A DNA stretch of 64,000 bases from a virus: the IMG/VR virus record IMGVR_UViG_3300049846_002130, positions 64,001 to 128,000 of that record, one strand, 5' to 3'. This document shows, piece by piece, positions 64,000 through 64,000 of the stretch. How positions within the stretch are numbered: position 1 is the stretch's first letter; the number at the start of each line of letters is the position of its first letter. The position numbers and the translations under genes were made by a program. The notes beneath the pieces were generated by a model that was not told where the DNA came from, made no database searches, and worked only from the letters and a program-made list of their open reading frames with translations.

Positions 64000-64000
64000 C

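Noticed and set aside
1-64000. Stop-codon reassignment, prompted by the TGA after FVHLHVHS
   Set aside because: Long conserved genes are intact in code 11, all three stops end genes with tight overlaps, and reading through that TGA does not restore the frame

Overview
64 kb of a large AT-rich dsDNA tailed phage genome (contractile-tail, jumbo-like), read in the standard code 11. No integrase, CRISPR array or host genes are visible. 1-23.35 kb (+ strand) is a tightly coupled virion operon: gp25-like and baseplate-J proteins, large structural proteins and three paralogous subunits. It ends in a GT9 glycosyltransferase, an FkbM methyltransferase and a HAD phosphatase. 23.35-64 kb (mostly - strand) covers replication, recombination and nucleotide metabolism: RuvC, ClpP, ThyX, primase-helicase, IMPDH/GMPR, Cas4-like nuclease, split DnaE, RecA, HD nucleotidase, SpoVG, UDG, NrdAB and two tRNAs. 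The best candidate for a new system is at 51.1-57.0 kb. It is an apparent phage-encoded ubiquitin-like conjugation operon (Ubl, E1/ThiF, JAB/MPN peptidase, E2-like protein). The same run of genes contains a Lon-type AAA+ module with no peptidase domain that ends in an IGF motif, and a stand-alone ClpP is encoded elsewhere, suggesting a tag-and-degrade machine. The JAB gene ends on a G-GGA-AAA heptamer that would fuse it to a 173-codon downstream frame by a -1 frameshift. Other highlights: a Whirly-like ssDNA-binding protein, a dispersed ADP-heptose-type pathway, and a DnaE found in three pieces. All family calls come from motif recognition by eye; no database search was run.
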